A stretch of DNA of 64,000 bases from Eledone cirrhosa (GCA_964016885.1 OZ024746.1:12462001-12526000); one strand, 5' to 3'. Positions 14,657-29,673 are shown, counted from the stretch's first letter. Program-made: numbers and translations. The notes: a model not told the origin generated them from the letters alone.

Positions 14657-15075
14657 AGTTTCTGATTTAGGAACAAGGCCAACAAATTTGGGGGGGGGTC
14701 GATTAAATCACCTCCAGTACATTACTGGTACTTTTATTTATCGCCCCGTAAGGATGAAAGGCAAAGCTAACCTCTGCTGCATTTGAATTCAGAACGCAAA
14801 GGGCTGTAACAATATGCAGCAAAGGCTCTTTGCGTTCTGAGTTCCAATCCCGACGTTGTTAGCTTTGCCTTTCGTCCTTACAGAGTCGAAAAAATAAGTA
14901 CCAGTAATACGCTTGGTTGATTTAATAGATTTAATAATAATAATATTAATAGTAATAATAATTGTTTCTACTTTTGGCACAAGGCCAGCAATTATCTCAG
15001 TACATTACTGGTACTTTATTTTATCGACCCCGTAAGGATAAAAGGCAAAGTTAACCTCGGCGGGATTTGAACTCA
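14657..15075. mobile_element. Three SINE fragments in alternating orientation (-,+,-)
   Basis: SINE core in both orientations. Confidence 0.8.
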
Positions 15076-15161
15076 ATAATAATAATAAGAAGAATTATTT
15101 ATTGTTCCCAAAGGCCTTACGTACAATAGAAAGGTATCATAAATGCGGTTACAAAATGTAT

Positions 15162-15511
15162 GAGGGAGTACATACATATAACGATGGAGGGAGTACATAC
15201 ATATAACGATGGAGGGAGTACATACATATAACGATGGAGGGAGTACATACATATAACGATGGAGGGAGTACATACATATAACGATGGAGGGAGTACATAC
15301 ATATAACGATGGAGGGAGTACATACATATAACGATGGAGGGAGTACATACATATAACGATGGAGGGAGTACATACATATAACGATGGAGGGAGTACATAC
15401 ATATAACGATGGAGGGAGTACATACATATAACGATGGAGGGAGTACATACATATAACGATGGAGGGAGTACATACATATAACGATGGAGGGAGTACATAC
15501 ATATAACGATG
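15162..15511. repeat. 25-bp minisatellite, about 14 copies (gagggagtacatacatataacgatg)
   Basis: Apparently identical units with period 25. Confidence 0.95.
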
Positions 15512-16387
15512 TTGTACAATATATTGAGACAGATTACAAGTTGTATCTTTTTATTTTTTACTTTTATATAAAGCAAATAGAATTTGGTACAAATAAGAAA
15601 AACTAATCCACACAAAGGTGAGACGCCACAATCTATATATGATCAGGATGCCCAGCGATTCTGATCACATTCCAGTCAGATCATCTGCAAGCTGGATGCT
15701 TCGACGTTGCTGGTGAATATTTTTTATTTACGCTATACTGTGAAGGGCCCCACAGCCTTTAGTGCGTGATCACTTAGCTGTACGTAGAACTGGTTGCTTC
15801 TAACCTTTCTTTTCCTCATTAGTCTCGAATATCCTGAAAATGGCCAAGGGGGATATCCATCCACTTCTGAAAACACTGTAAAAATAGACAAGAAAATATA
15901 ATGTTATAATGAAAATATTTTAATATAGATGTACATATGCATGCACACCTCTGCAACCACCACCCTTCTTTGTGTACCATTCATAGAGTTCAGTGTGATG
16001 CTAGAAATCTTATCAAGCACCGGTTCCTTCTGTATTTTTAATGCAGACGGTGCTTTGCATATGTTCAGGGTGTTTTTGAACGCACGACTCTGGGATGGAT
16101 TCAAACGGTTACATTCTTTTATGAGCCGATTACTATCATCGGTTAATATGTTGGCCGATATGTTTTCCTTAGTTAATGTGTTTATGTAGTTTGTTTAATA
16201 ACTGCTTGTTGCTGTCACTATAACGCCCGATGACAAAACAGTTGCGAAGGGATCCGGTTAGAGCGTACACATCCGTTAATATTACCTAGACAAATGTATC
16301 CAAGACCAAGCGTAGCTATATAGATATAACGGCACAAGAAAAGTAGGAAGGCAAGCAATAAACTTACATGAAGATGGTAAATACTGA

Positions 16388-16506
16388 TTCTTAAGGCTAA
16401 AAATAGCTCTTAAGGCTAAAAATAGCTCTTAAGGCTAAAAATAGCTCTTAAGGCTAAAAATAGCTCTTAAGGCTAAAAATAGCTCTTAAGGCTAAAAATA
16501 GCTCTT
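16388..16506. repeat. 19-bp minisatellite, about 6 copies (ctcttaaggctaaaaatag)
   Basis: Read directly from the sequence. Confidence 0.95.
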
Positions 16507-17139
16507 CGTTAGGTCCATAAGTCAGTTCAACTAAAATTATAAATATTAGGAGCAGAGATACAAGAATAATTTTGATAAATACAATAATATCGATCATATT
16601 CTACCAATTCACTGTTTCAAACTTTATTTTATCGACTCCGAAGGGGTGAAGAGGTGACAAGCGGGATTTTAATTCAGAACACAGAGAGTCGGAACAAATA
16701 CCACAAGGCATTTTGTCCCATTTTCTTCTCTTATAATTCGTGATATCAGTAATATTGCACTTAGTACAAGTACACACATGTACACACACACGTGTACACA
16801 CAAGATGTGTGTGTGTGTATGTGCATGTGCGTGTGTGTATGTTTGTGTGTTTGTTTATGTGAGTGTGTGTGTGTACACGTACGTGAGTACGTTTGTGTGT
16901 TTGTTTATGTGTGTGTGTGTACGTGCGTGTGTGTATGTTTGTGTGTTTGTGTGTGTGTATGTTTGTTTGTTTGTGTGTGTGTATGTGTGTTTGTTTGTGT
17001 GTGCATGTGTGTGTGTGCATGTTTGTGTGTTTGTGTGTGTATGTTTGTGTGTTTGTGTGTGTGTGTGCATGTGCGTGTGTGCATGTTTGTGTATGTATGT
17101 ATGTGTGTGTGTGTGTGTGTGTGCATGTGCGTGTGTGCA

Positions 17140-17176
<37 letters not shown>

Positions 17177-18299
17177 TTGTGTGTGTGCATGTGCGTGTGT
17201 GTATGTTTGTGTGTGTATGTTTGTGTGTGTGTGTGTGTGTGTGCATGTGTATGTTTGTGTGTGTGTGTGTGTGTATGTTTGTGTGTGTGTGCATGTGCGT
17301 GTGTGTTGTGTGTGTGTGCATGTGCGTGTGTGTATGTTTGTGTGTGCATGTTTGTGTGTGTTGTGTTGTGTGTGTGTGTGTGCATGTGCGTGTGTGTATG
17401 TTTGTGTGTGTATGTTTGTGTGTATGTGTGTGTGCGTGTGTGCATATCTAGCCATCTGTCCACTCGCGCATGCGTGCGTAGATGTAGAGGCAGAGAGCGA
17501 AAGGAAGGAAAGATAGAAAGTGAAGAGTGAGAGAAAGGGAGGGGGAAATAAAGTAGCAATGTAAGCGACATCAAACATAATAAACATATGGATTCTTTAA
17601 ATTTCTTTGGCATGTGAGAGAGAAGGAGGGGCACTTTAAACATCACATTCTCATTCAGAAGTTTAGCTTTCTAAAGAGTTGTTTAGCTCAAGGTGTTCTA
17701 GCCATGACCATCCCGTCTGTTTGTAGTAGTCGTAGAGAATGCTACGACTACTACAATATTTAGGTCCTTTAAATGAAAGGGGGGGGGGGGGGGGTATTTG
17801 AGGGAGATTTGGTTGTATTTTCTATCTTGTCCAGGATAGAGGCTCCATCTGTGATGTGGAGTTAGCTTAAGATTGATTATGTGAAACGGATTTATTTTTT
17901 AATTGATTTTATTTTTATATTCACTTATCTTTGTCTATCTTGTTTTTTTTTGTTTCTCAACTGTAAGGAGTACTAGATGCATCTCCTAGCTCTATACGGA
18001 CGTTTAAATTGATTAAATAAATGTAAAAGTAGAAATCGAGCTGTAAACTCGATCTGTTGAGAACTATGAGAGAGGATTATATCTTTCAAAAATAGGCGCA
18101 GGGTCTCTCTTTCGTAAAGGAATTATAATAATTTCTGATTTAGGAACAAGGGCAGCAATTCGAGAGGCGGGATAGATTGAATCTACCACAGGATTGTATT
18201 TATTGCATCGACCCCGAAAGGCTGAAAGGCAAAGTTAACCCCGGTGGAATTTGAACTCAGGAAGATTCTGCCAATCAACCACCCTTAAAAAAGAGGATT

Positions 18300-18560
18300 G
18301 AAAAATGATAACGAACACCTGCTGTCATGTGTGGGATGGATCCGACTACTGAGTCCATTGCGAAGATCTTTCCGCCGTCTTCCTTTAGAGGGGAAGGACA
18401 GGCAGTTTTTATCTGCCTTGCGGCCATGACGAAAGAGGTCGTGTGGTGGACGTGCTTGAAAAGGTTGAAGTCAAGCACTTATTTCTTCGGCGAAGCTCTA
18501 ATTAATTTTGTCGGGTTTCACTTGAAGTGGGGGAAGGGTATATGATAGGGAGAGTGTTAG
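18300..18560 (+). mobile_element. Older Tx1-like LINE 3' fragment
   Basis: GEGQAVFICLAAMTKEVVWWTCLKRLKS aligns with NEGEAVFLCVIAMAKEVVWWTRLKGLRS of ORF 18984-20174. Confidence 0.8.
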
Positions 18561-18592
18561 AAACGGGAGCAGGAGTGGGGTGGGAGTATATA

Positions 18593-20648
18593 CAGGGGCG
18601 GTGGAACCGAGGGCGGGGGGAGGGGGGCATGAACCCCTAATAATTATATTTTTCTCCCCAAACTACCAAAACACATCTATTTGTATATGCACCACAATTT
18701 ATGTACATGTTATGTGGAAGAGAGTGTTGTAAAGTAGATATATATTTCTATTTATTTGCCACCAGGGCATCAAAGATTGGGACAAATAAAAAGGGGGGAG
18801 TTTACATACATTTAAAAAGACGTGTAAAAAACATATAACAAATTAAATTTAACAATCGATGTCCTCAATAGGGAGGGGCGTTGACATGGGTCGCACACAC
18901 CTCCGAAAAAATGTGCAACCCTCCTCTTCGGGAGCACAAAGAGCGGGTGTTTCCTTCCTCTTCTCATTCTTCTCCTCTCTCACCTACAGGCTGATATAGA
19001 GAGAAGGCCCATTCACTCGGGCCATTCTCGCTACTTTCACCCATCTTTCATAAAACTTGCTGGGGTAGAGCACCTCTCTCTCCATTCTGATCCTTCTTCT
19101 AAAGTGGTACTTGAAAAAAAAGACCAGTTGTTGGCCGGAGAGATAGGTGTCTGACCTCAGTCCTTTCAACCTTGTCCACCATACAACTTCTTTCGCCATG
19201 GCTATCACACAGAGGAAAACCGCCTCTCCTTCGTTTTTGAAAGGGGGAGGCGGTTTGATCGTGACAATGTTCTCGGTGGTCAACCGGATTGGTCCCACCC
19301 GCAACAGTAGTCGTTCTACATAGCCCCACAGGTCAGCAACGCCCGGGAAGTGTACGAATGCGTGTGCGACGGTTTCCTCGTCACGCACGCATCTTGGACA
19401 GATCTTCTTCGAGGGGTCCCTACCCGGGCGCCCGTGTCTGTAGAGCTTGTCCCGAACGGATAGAGCTCCTCGGTAACATTGCCAAGCCAGGGACTTTTGG
19501 AAGTTGTCCATCGGTCCCGGGCCAAACGTCCTACCGAACAGACTAACCAGCTCGTCTTCCTCCATGCCCAGAGCCTCTCCGAGAGCGTCGTCGCACGTAC
19601 TGCACACCAACCCTCTATAGAATGTTGAGGTTGAGTCTCCACTGATTGCCGTATCCGCTTGCCAGAGGGCCGTGAGTGCCTGGGCACATTCAATGTGCCA
19701 GTCGCCCACTTTTCTCGGTCTTTGCTTGACCCAGGATTGCAGCTCGGTGAGTGAGACGAGTCTCGGAAAGGCTCGCCTCACAAACAGGGCCCACACCGGC
19801 TGACCGGTGAGGAATACCTGGAGGTGCCGTAGCCTTAATGCGTGTCTACGCATCGTTAGCCACGGCAACCCCAGCCCCCTGTTCGAAGGGTGTTGACAGC
19901 AGATGGATCTTCTCACCAAAGGAGTCCGCTTCTTCCAAAGAAATCGGAAGAGCGCGCGCTCCATTTTGGCGAGTGTTTTCTCTGGGCAAGGCACGACAGT
20001 CAAGCGGTAGTAGATGACGGACGCTATATAAGCGTTCGCCACCTCCGCTCGACCTTTCAGGGATAGTTTGCACTCGGCCCACTTCTGGGCGAGTGCAAAC
20101 ACCTTGCCCGTTACCTCGTCCCAGTTTTTCTCCACCTGGAGGTCCGGACCGAACCAGACCCCGAGCAGCTTCACCGGTCCCTCCGTCCAGCGTCAGTTTC
20201 GTATTGATATATAGAGGGAATGAAAGAGAGTTCCGTATAGTAGATATAGAGAGGGGGAGAGTTTGGTGCTAATTGATACAGAGAGGGGTATTGAAAGAGA
20301 GTTCCGTGTAGTAGATATAGAGAGGGGGAGAGTTTGGTGTTAATTGATACAGAGAGGGGGTTGAAAGAGAGTTCCGTGTAATAGATATAGAGAGGGGGGG
20401 AGTTTCGTATTGATATAGAGAGGGAATGGAAGAGAGTTCCGTGTAGTAGTGTGTGTTTTGGTAGTTTCTCACCAAACTACCAAAACACATCTATTTGGAT
20501 ATTGCTACAATATATCTACAAGTTATGTTTATTGCATATCGAAGTTTTCTGACCATTTTAGAGTACCAAGAGCTAAACTAACCACTACAACTAAATTGAC
20601 CAAATTTTCCCCACCCCTCCCAATTCAGAAATGCTTCCACCGCCCCTG
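18593..20648 (+). mobile_element. MITE-like element with TIRs caggggcggtgga/tccaccgcccctg, interrupted by a LINE
   Basis: 13-bp TIRs. The internal caaactaccaaaacacatctatttg is shared with an uninterrupted copy at 52925-53178 and a minus copy at about 45900-46470. No clear TSD. Confidence 0.6.
18750..20190 (-). mobile_element. 5'-truncated Tx1/L1-clade LINE: C-terminal part of ORF2 (18984-20174) plus 3' UTR
   Basis: A 396-aa open frame with KLLGVWFG (RT thumb), LSLKGRAEV, FRFLW, GLGLP and CPRC..ETVAHAFVHF (degenerate zf-RVT). Confidence 0.9.
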
Positions 20649-21180
20649 ATATAATAGGGTTCAGGTATTGGTATTACTTAATTGTAAGTTAGATGTGAGA
20701 CTAAAATTTAGTTAATCTTATTTAATATTTTGTGATGTATTTGGTTGTCAGGGAAGTATGTTGTCAGGGAAGTATGTAACAATCTTATTGGCTGTTGGAA
20801 TGTTTTATTGTTGTTTTTGGTTTTGTTTGTCGAGGAACGATCTTCGGGTGAATATATTTGGCCTATAATTGTAACATCGTCTCTTTCACCGGTAATCACC
20901 TGATGAACGGAAACATGAGTTGTAAATAGCGACAGGTGAAATTGGAGCCATGAATAAATATTATTCTGATCTACTAAACTGTATCGAGGATGTGTTCCAC
21001 ATAATTGCATATACGATCGTTCATGATAATCTATCTTTAATTGTATGTATGTGTGTATGTATGTAGGTATATATGTCTGTGTATATACATGTATATATAA
21101 TATATATGTTATGTATATATTATAACATATATATGAATATAATATATAAATATATATGTACGTATGTTTATATATATATA

Positions 21181-21340
21181 GTGTAAAGTAAACGAAAAGT
21201 CAGTGATGCATCTGGACTTAATTTATTGCGTGTTACAATTGTTTCTCTGGCAGGTAGCTCGAGACGTGGTCCCTGTATGGATCTGGCTGATTCTACTTCT
21301 GCAGGTTCATGTTGACACGAGTATTTCGTTTGGAGCAAAC
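21181..21340 (-). mobile_element. PLE-terminus-like element, family E, with a variant HHR core
   Basis: Homologous to 22374-22516 (+). It has a cgtgt/acacg stem, GAAAC-AATT-GTA and AATAAA, in a (TA)n context. Confidence 0.5.
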
Positions 21341-21702
21341 GCGTGTGTGTGCATGCGCATATATATATATATACGATATTAATAAATGAAAACTATATTT
21401 ATAAAACCATATTTATTTCATTATACATATTTCAGGGATACCACATTAAATTATGGTATGCCTTCACCAGACAAAATACAATATATAACAGTTTTACAAA
21501 TAGGTTTGACGTACCCTTTAAAATACAACCATTACTTTTGGAGGCTGTCTGGATAGTGATTTGTTCATATACTAAGTCATAGTGTTAAGCATAATTAGAA
21601 AAAGATGAAGAGAAAAAAAAAAAAAAAAAAATTTGTCGAGTGCTTTATATCAGTTATAAAAATATTTACTTGTTGTATCCCAACAATTTTAAATAGAACT
21701 TT

Positions 21703-21762
<60 letters not shown>

Positions 21763-21765
<3 letters not shown>

Positions 21766-22166
21766 TTTTCTTTCGCACCCTTGGTTCGCTTTTTTTCTCT
21801 CTCTCGTCTACGATTTCACAGAACTTACGTTCACCGAATTCACAGACTAGATTCCTTCTTCCTCCCGTTAGACCTGTACGGAATTCCTTCCTTGCTCACA
21901 TTCCAACCAGGTTTGATGGTCTTTATTCTCTCTCGTTCACGATTTCACCGAACTTATATTCATGGAAATTTGGGACTTGACTCTCTCTTCCTCACTTTTA
22001 GTTGCTTCACCATCTTTGTTTGTTTACACTCTCGTCTCCCCTTTATTTACGTGTCCCAACGACTTTTTTTAGCCGTTGCTCGCACCAACCGGAGGTATAT
22101 GGTCTTTAAAGCGATGAAATACCAATGATGGTTGGAAGATCACTGATGAAGGACTAACTTTATTCA
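21763..22166 (+). mobile_element. TA-flanked element, family S, carrying the permuted hammerhead
   Basis: Bounded by (TA)n on both sides and homologous to 31305-31556 (-). Confidence 0.75.
22085..22154 (+). ncRNA. Putative non-circularly permuted (pseudoknotted) hammerhead ribozyme
   Basis: ccaacc-gg-aGGTAT-A-TGGTCTT..t-GAA-ATACC..ggttgg-AAGATCA-CTGATGA-a, with covariation against the 24467-24536 copy. Confidence 0.65.
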
Positions 22167-22253
22167 TATATATATATATATATGCGCGTGCACACATATA
22201 TAGATACATAATCTATAATACATACACACACACATAAATACACACATACACAC

Positions 22254-22325
<72 letters not shown>

Positions 22326-22606
22326 GTGTGTATGTGTGTATTTATGAATGTATGTATTTATATATGTAGTTATGTTTGCTCCAAACGAAATACTCGTGTC
22401 AGCATGAACCTGCAGAAGTAGAATCAGCCGGATTAGAGCTACCTGCCGGAGAAACAATTGTAACACGCAATAAATTGAGTCCAGATGCATCACTGATTTT
22501 TCGTTTTCTTTATACTATATATATATAATGGAAAAATTTGAACAGGAACAAAACAGAGAGGCAGTACAACGAATGTTTATTAATTTCACAAACATATATA
22601 TATATA

Positions 22607-24218
<1,612 letters not shown>

Positions 24219-24230
24219 TAACAGATTAAA

Positions 24231-24279
24231 GTTTAAGCAAAAAATCGCTGCTTTCACTCTTAACGGGATCTTCTGAAAC
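24231..24279 (-). ncRNA. Type I HHR-like motif with a CAGAAGA core (family G)
   Basis: gttt-CAGAAGA-stem II-GAA-AGCA..TGCT-T-aaac. A second copy is at 59871-59921. Confidence 0.55.
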
Positions 24280-24466
24280 AATATATTTGATATATATTTA
24301 TCCTTATCGAGCCCTCTTTGGATTTTAGTCTTCAAATATATATATATGAAAATGTTTAACCCCGGCGGCAGAGCTCAAGCCGCTTCGACGGCTATTTCTA
24401 TATATATATAATAAAATATGGAGAAAAATACTGCAGGTAGCGCATGGATAACATGTAATAAAATGA

Positions 24467-24536
24467 GTCCCTCATCAGTGATTTGCCGACGATCATAGAT
24501 ATTTCATTGCATTAAAAATCATATACCTCACGTCGG
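24467..24536 (-). ncRNA. Permuted hammerhead, divergent copy
   Basis: ccgacg-tg-AGGTAT-A-TGATTT..t-GAA-ATATCT..cgtcgg-c-AAATCA-CTGATGA-g. Confidence 0.65.
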
Positions 24537-24541
24537 TGCAA

Positions 24542-27002
24542 TCTATATATATAAAACTGTGGTTGTCTGTCTGTCTATCGATTTTTGGCACACATCTCCT
24601 CTTAGAATCTCTCACGGAATTGCACCGAAATTGCTATACTTGTACATTGAGCCCTAGCGAAGACATCGGAAAAAAAAATTTCAAATTGACCCACCCTATG
24701 TGACGAAATCGAATATAATGTATCGATTTTTGAGCGTAAGTGATCAGTTATTTCCCTTTGTTCTGTTTACATTGAGCGTCTTACGTAAAAAATTACGCTG
24801 GCTTTAACAGTTGTCGAGCCAGCAAAATATTGACCTGCAAAATTCATCAGTTCGAACACTAAGCTCCCGTTTTGCTTCATTTCCATTTAAAAGCATTTTA
24901 AAACAATATTTTTACTTGAAAACAAGTCTATTTAAAGACTACGTAAAACAAACAAATATTTCGTCGTTAGGCGTGCAGACAGACAGTCGTGCAGACAGAC
25001 AGTCGTGCAGAGAGGTGATATACGCGTGCAGACAGATAGTCGTGCAGAGAGGTGATATAGGCGTGCAGACAGACATAACTGATAATTTGGTTACGCTAAT
25101 GTTTTTCTCTGCGTTGCAGTGTTTACATTTTCGATCTTTGTTAATAAATAACCAGTGCAGTTTCTATCCCCAGCATCCTCTTTTGTTATAACATTCGGGT
25201 TATCGTTATGTTTTCTTAACTTCATAAGGCATATTGTTGGTTGAGGGAATATTAATCAAAAATACCACATGCAAGTCTGCACAGTAGACACTACAGTTTT
25301 TAAGCCAAGAAAGAAACTTAACACAGCTTCATCAGTTCGAACACTAAACTTCCGTTTTGCTTCATTTCCATTTAAAAGCCTTTTAAAACAATATTTTTAC
25401 TTGAAAACAAGTCTATTTAAAGACTACGTAAAACAAGCAAATATTTCGTAAAAAAAAGCAAAAATTATATAAGTTTATTTAAAATATATGTATCTGTAAA
25501 TTTCGTTAGGCGTACAGACAGACAGTCGTGCAGAGAGGTGATATACGCGTGCAGACAGATAGTCGTGCAGAGAGGTGATATAGGCGTGCAGACAGACATA
25601 ACTGATAATTTGGTTACGCTAATGTTTTTTCTCTGCGTTGCAGTGTTTACATTTCCGATCTTTGTTAATAAATAACCAGTGCAGTTTTTATCCCCAGCAT
25701 CCTCTTTTGTTATAACATTCGGGTTATCGTTATGTTTTCTTAACTTCATAAGGCATATTGTTGGTTGAGGGAATATTAATCAAAAACACCACATGCAAGT
25801 CTGCACAGTAGACACTACAGTTTTTAAGCCAAGAAAGAAACTTAACATTGTAACTTTAACACAGCTTCATCAGTTCGAACACTAAGCTTCCGTTTTGCTT
25901 CATTTCCATTTAAAAGCCTTTTAAAACAATATTTTTACTTGAAAACAAGTCTATTTAAAGACTACGTAAAACAAGCAAATATTTCGTAAAAAAAAGCAAA
26001 AATTATATAAGTTTATTTAAAATATATGTATCTGTAAATTTCGTTAGGCGTGCAGACAGACAGTCGTGCAGAGAGGTGATATACGCGTGCAGACAGATAG
26101 TCGTGCAGAGAGGTGATATAGGCGTGCAGACAGACATAACTGATAATTTGGTTACGCTAATGTTTTTTCTCTGCGTTGCAGTGTTTACATTTCCGATCTT
26201 TGTTAATAAATAACCAGTGCAGTTTTTATCCCCAGCATCCTCTTTTGTTATAACATTCGGGTTATCGTTATGTTTTCTTAACTTCATAAGGCATATTGTT
26301 GGTTGAGGGAATATTAATCAAAAACACCACATGCAAGTCTGCACAGTAGACACTACAGTTTTTAAGCCAAGAAAGAAACTTAACACAGCTTCATCAGTTC
26401 GAACACTAAGCTTCCGTTTTGCTTCATTTCCATTTAAAAGCCTTTTAAAACAATATTTTTACTTGAAAACAAGTCTATTTAAAGACTACGCAAAACAAGC
26501 AAATATTTCGTAAAAAAAAGCAAAAATTATATAAGTTTATTTAAAATATATGTATCTGTAAATTTCGTTAGGCGTGCAGACAGACAGTCGTGCAGAGAGG
26601 TGATATACGCGTGCAGACAGATAGTCGTGCAGAGAGGTGATATACGCGTGCAGACAGATAGTCGTGCAGAGAGGTGATATAGGCGTGCAGACAGACATAA
26701 CTGATAATTTGGTTACGCTAATGTTTTTCTCTGCGTTGCAGTGTTTACATTTTCGATCTTTGTTAATAAATAACCAGTGCAGTTTTTATCCCCAGCATCC
26801 TCTTTTGTTATAACATTCGGGTTATCGTTATGTTTTCTTAACTTCATAAGGCATAATGTTGGTTGAGGGAATATTAATCAAAAACACCACATGCAAGTCT
26901 GCACAGTAGACACTACAGTTTTTAAGCCAAGAAAGAAACTTAACATTGTAACTTTAACACAGCTACTGAGCGACCCCGAGCAACGCCGGGCTTTACTGCT
27001 AG
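24542..27002 (+). mobile_element. Complete non-autonomous Helitron with about 4 internal tandem units of roughly 480-540 bp
   Basis: The 5' end is a|TCtatatatataaaa. The 3' end is the hairpin cccg-agcaacgc-cggg followed by CTAG|t, giving the A/T insertion site with no TSD. The unit marker ttcatcagttcgaac occurs near 24843, 25328, 25866 and 26390. Confidence 0.9.
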
Positions 27003-27133
27003 TAATAACTAAAATAAGTTATTAGGACAATTAAAACGCGTAAAGCGAGTGAGACAGGAGAACAACAAAGAGTATAGCTAACCGTAGGGGAATGAAACAA
27101 GCTTCATAATTATTCTGTTTAGCATAAGCTAGG

Positions 27134-27186
<53 letters not shown>

Positions 27187-27344
27187 CTGTCTATATGCCT
27201 GCATATGCATACATGTGTGTTTGTGTGTGTGTTTATATGTATGAAAGTATAATATATATGTGTCGTATATATATACATATGTGTGCACGTATGTTTGTAC
27301 ATATAATATATATTGCTGACTGTGTATATATATATGCATTCTCA

Positions 27345-27380
<36 letters not shown>

Positions 27381-27471
27381 GGTGTGTGAGAGAGAGAGAG
27401 AGGGTGTGTGAGAGAGAGAGTGTGTGTGTGTGTGAGTGTGTGTGAGTGTGTGTGTGTGTGTGTCTGTGTGT

Positions 27472-27518
<47 letters not shown>

Positions 27519-28107
27519 AAAGAGAGGGTGTGTGTGAGAGAGAGAGTGTGTGTGTGTGTGAGTGTGTGTGAGTGTGTGTGTGTGTGTGAGTGTGTGTGGG
27601 GGGGGGGGTGAGAGAGAGAGAGTGTGTGAGTGTGTGTGAGTGTGTGTGTGTGTGTGAATGTGTGTGTGTGTGTGTGAGTGTGTGTGAGTCTGTGTGTGTG
27701 TGTGTGTGTGTGGGGGTGTGTGTGTGTGAGAGAGAGAGAGAGTGTGTGTGTGTGAGTGTGTGTGTGTGTGTGTGAGTGTGTGTGAGTATGTGTGTGTGTG
27801 TGTGTGTGTGGGTGTGTGTGTGAGAGAGAGAGTGTGTGAGTGTGTGTGAGTGTGTGTGTGTGTGAGTGTGAGTGTGTGTGTGAGTGTGTGTGTAGTTTAT
27901 GAGATGTGCGGTGGTTCAGCAGTAATCACTATATCAACAGCTCCTTCATCCCTGTACAACAGGTGATGTTGACATGACCACTACAGCGAGAGAGTAGCTT
28001 GTTATTCTTAGCTTTTCAAACCCCACAAAACCAGTTCCGGGGACAATAGGAGGGGAGGGGGGTACAACAACAAATAAAAGCATCTATGAATGTTCATTCA
28101 AGCCTTC

Positions 28108-28131
28108 ATAGATACATAATCTATAATACAT

Positions 28132-28166
<35 letters not shown>

Positions 28167-28270
28167 ATGCGTGTGTGTGCATGCGCATATATATGCGCAT
28201 GCATACATATATAGATACATAATCTATAATACATACACACACATATATAGATACATAATCTATAATACAT

Positions 28271-28313
<43 letters not shown>

Positions 28314-28429
28314 GCGTGTGTGTGCATGCGCATATATATATATATATATATATGCGCATGCATACATATATAGATACATAATCTATAATACATACACACA
28401 CATATATAGATACATAATCTATAATACAT

Positions 28430-28478
<49 letters not shown>

Positions 28479-28895
28479 GCGTGTGTGTGCATGCGCATAT
28501 ATATATATATATATATATGCGCATGCATACATATATAGATACATAATCTATAATACATACACACACATATATAGATACATAATCTATAATACATACACAC
28601 ACACACACACACATATATATATTTCATTCGCACCGTTTCCTTTCGCTATATGTCTCTCCACCACTCCCCTACACACCTTTTGAACTCTGTTCCCACACAC
28701 TTCTCACCTGAAGAAGGGCTTATGCCCGAAACGTCGTCCCCCACCTACCCCCCACTCTCCTGAGCGTGAATTTAATAAACATTTATTGTACTGCTTCTCT
28801 GTTCTGTCCCTGTTCAATTTTTCATTATATATATATATATATATATAATGCGTGTGTGTGCATGCGCATATATATATAGATACATAATCTATAAT

Positions 28896-28994
<99 letters not shown>

Positions 28995-29611
28995 GCGTGT
29001 GTGTGCATGCGCATATATATGCGCATGCATACATATATAGATACATAATCTATAATACATACACATATATATATATAGATACATAATCTATAATACATAC
29101 ACACACACACACACATATATATATATTGAGTACAGAATTAGCCGCCGAAACGGCTTGAGCTCAGCCGTCGGGGTCTTACTTGTTCCTATATATATATATA
29201 TATATATATATATAATGCGTGTGTGCATGCGCATATATATATATGCGCATGCACACATATATAGATACATAATCTATAATACATACACATATATATATAG
29301 ATACATAATCTATAATACATGCACATATATATAGATACATAATCTATAATACATACACATACATATATATAGATACATAATCTATAATACATACACACAT
29401 ATATATAGATACATAATCTATAATACATACACATATATATATAGATACATAATCTATAATACATACACACATATATATATAGATACATAATCTATAATAC
29501 ATACACATATATATATATATACATAATCTATAATACATACACATATATATATAGATACATAATCTATAATACATACACACATATATATATATATAATGCG
29601 TATGTGTGCAT

Positions 29612-29673
<62 letters not shown>

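Noticed and set aside
15162-15511. CRISPR-like regular repeats (also 36220, 38878, 49724)
   Set aside because: Head-to-tail units with no unique spacers, no cas genes and a eukaryotic context.
20895-20945. CTGATGA-acg-GAAAC hammerhead-like core
   Set aside because: No stem II and no stem I partner next to a UH triplet, and only a single copy.
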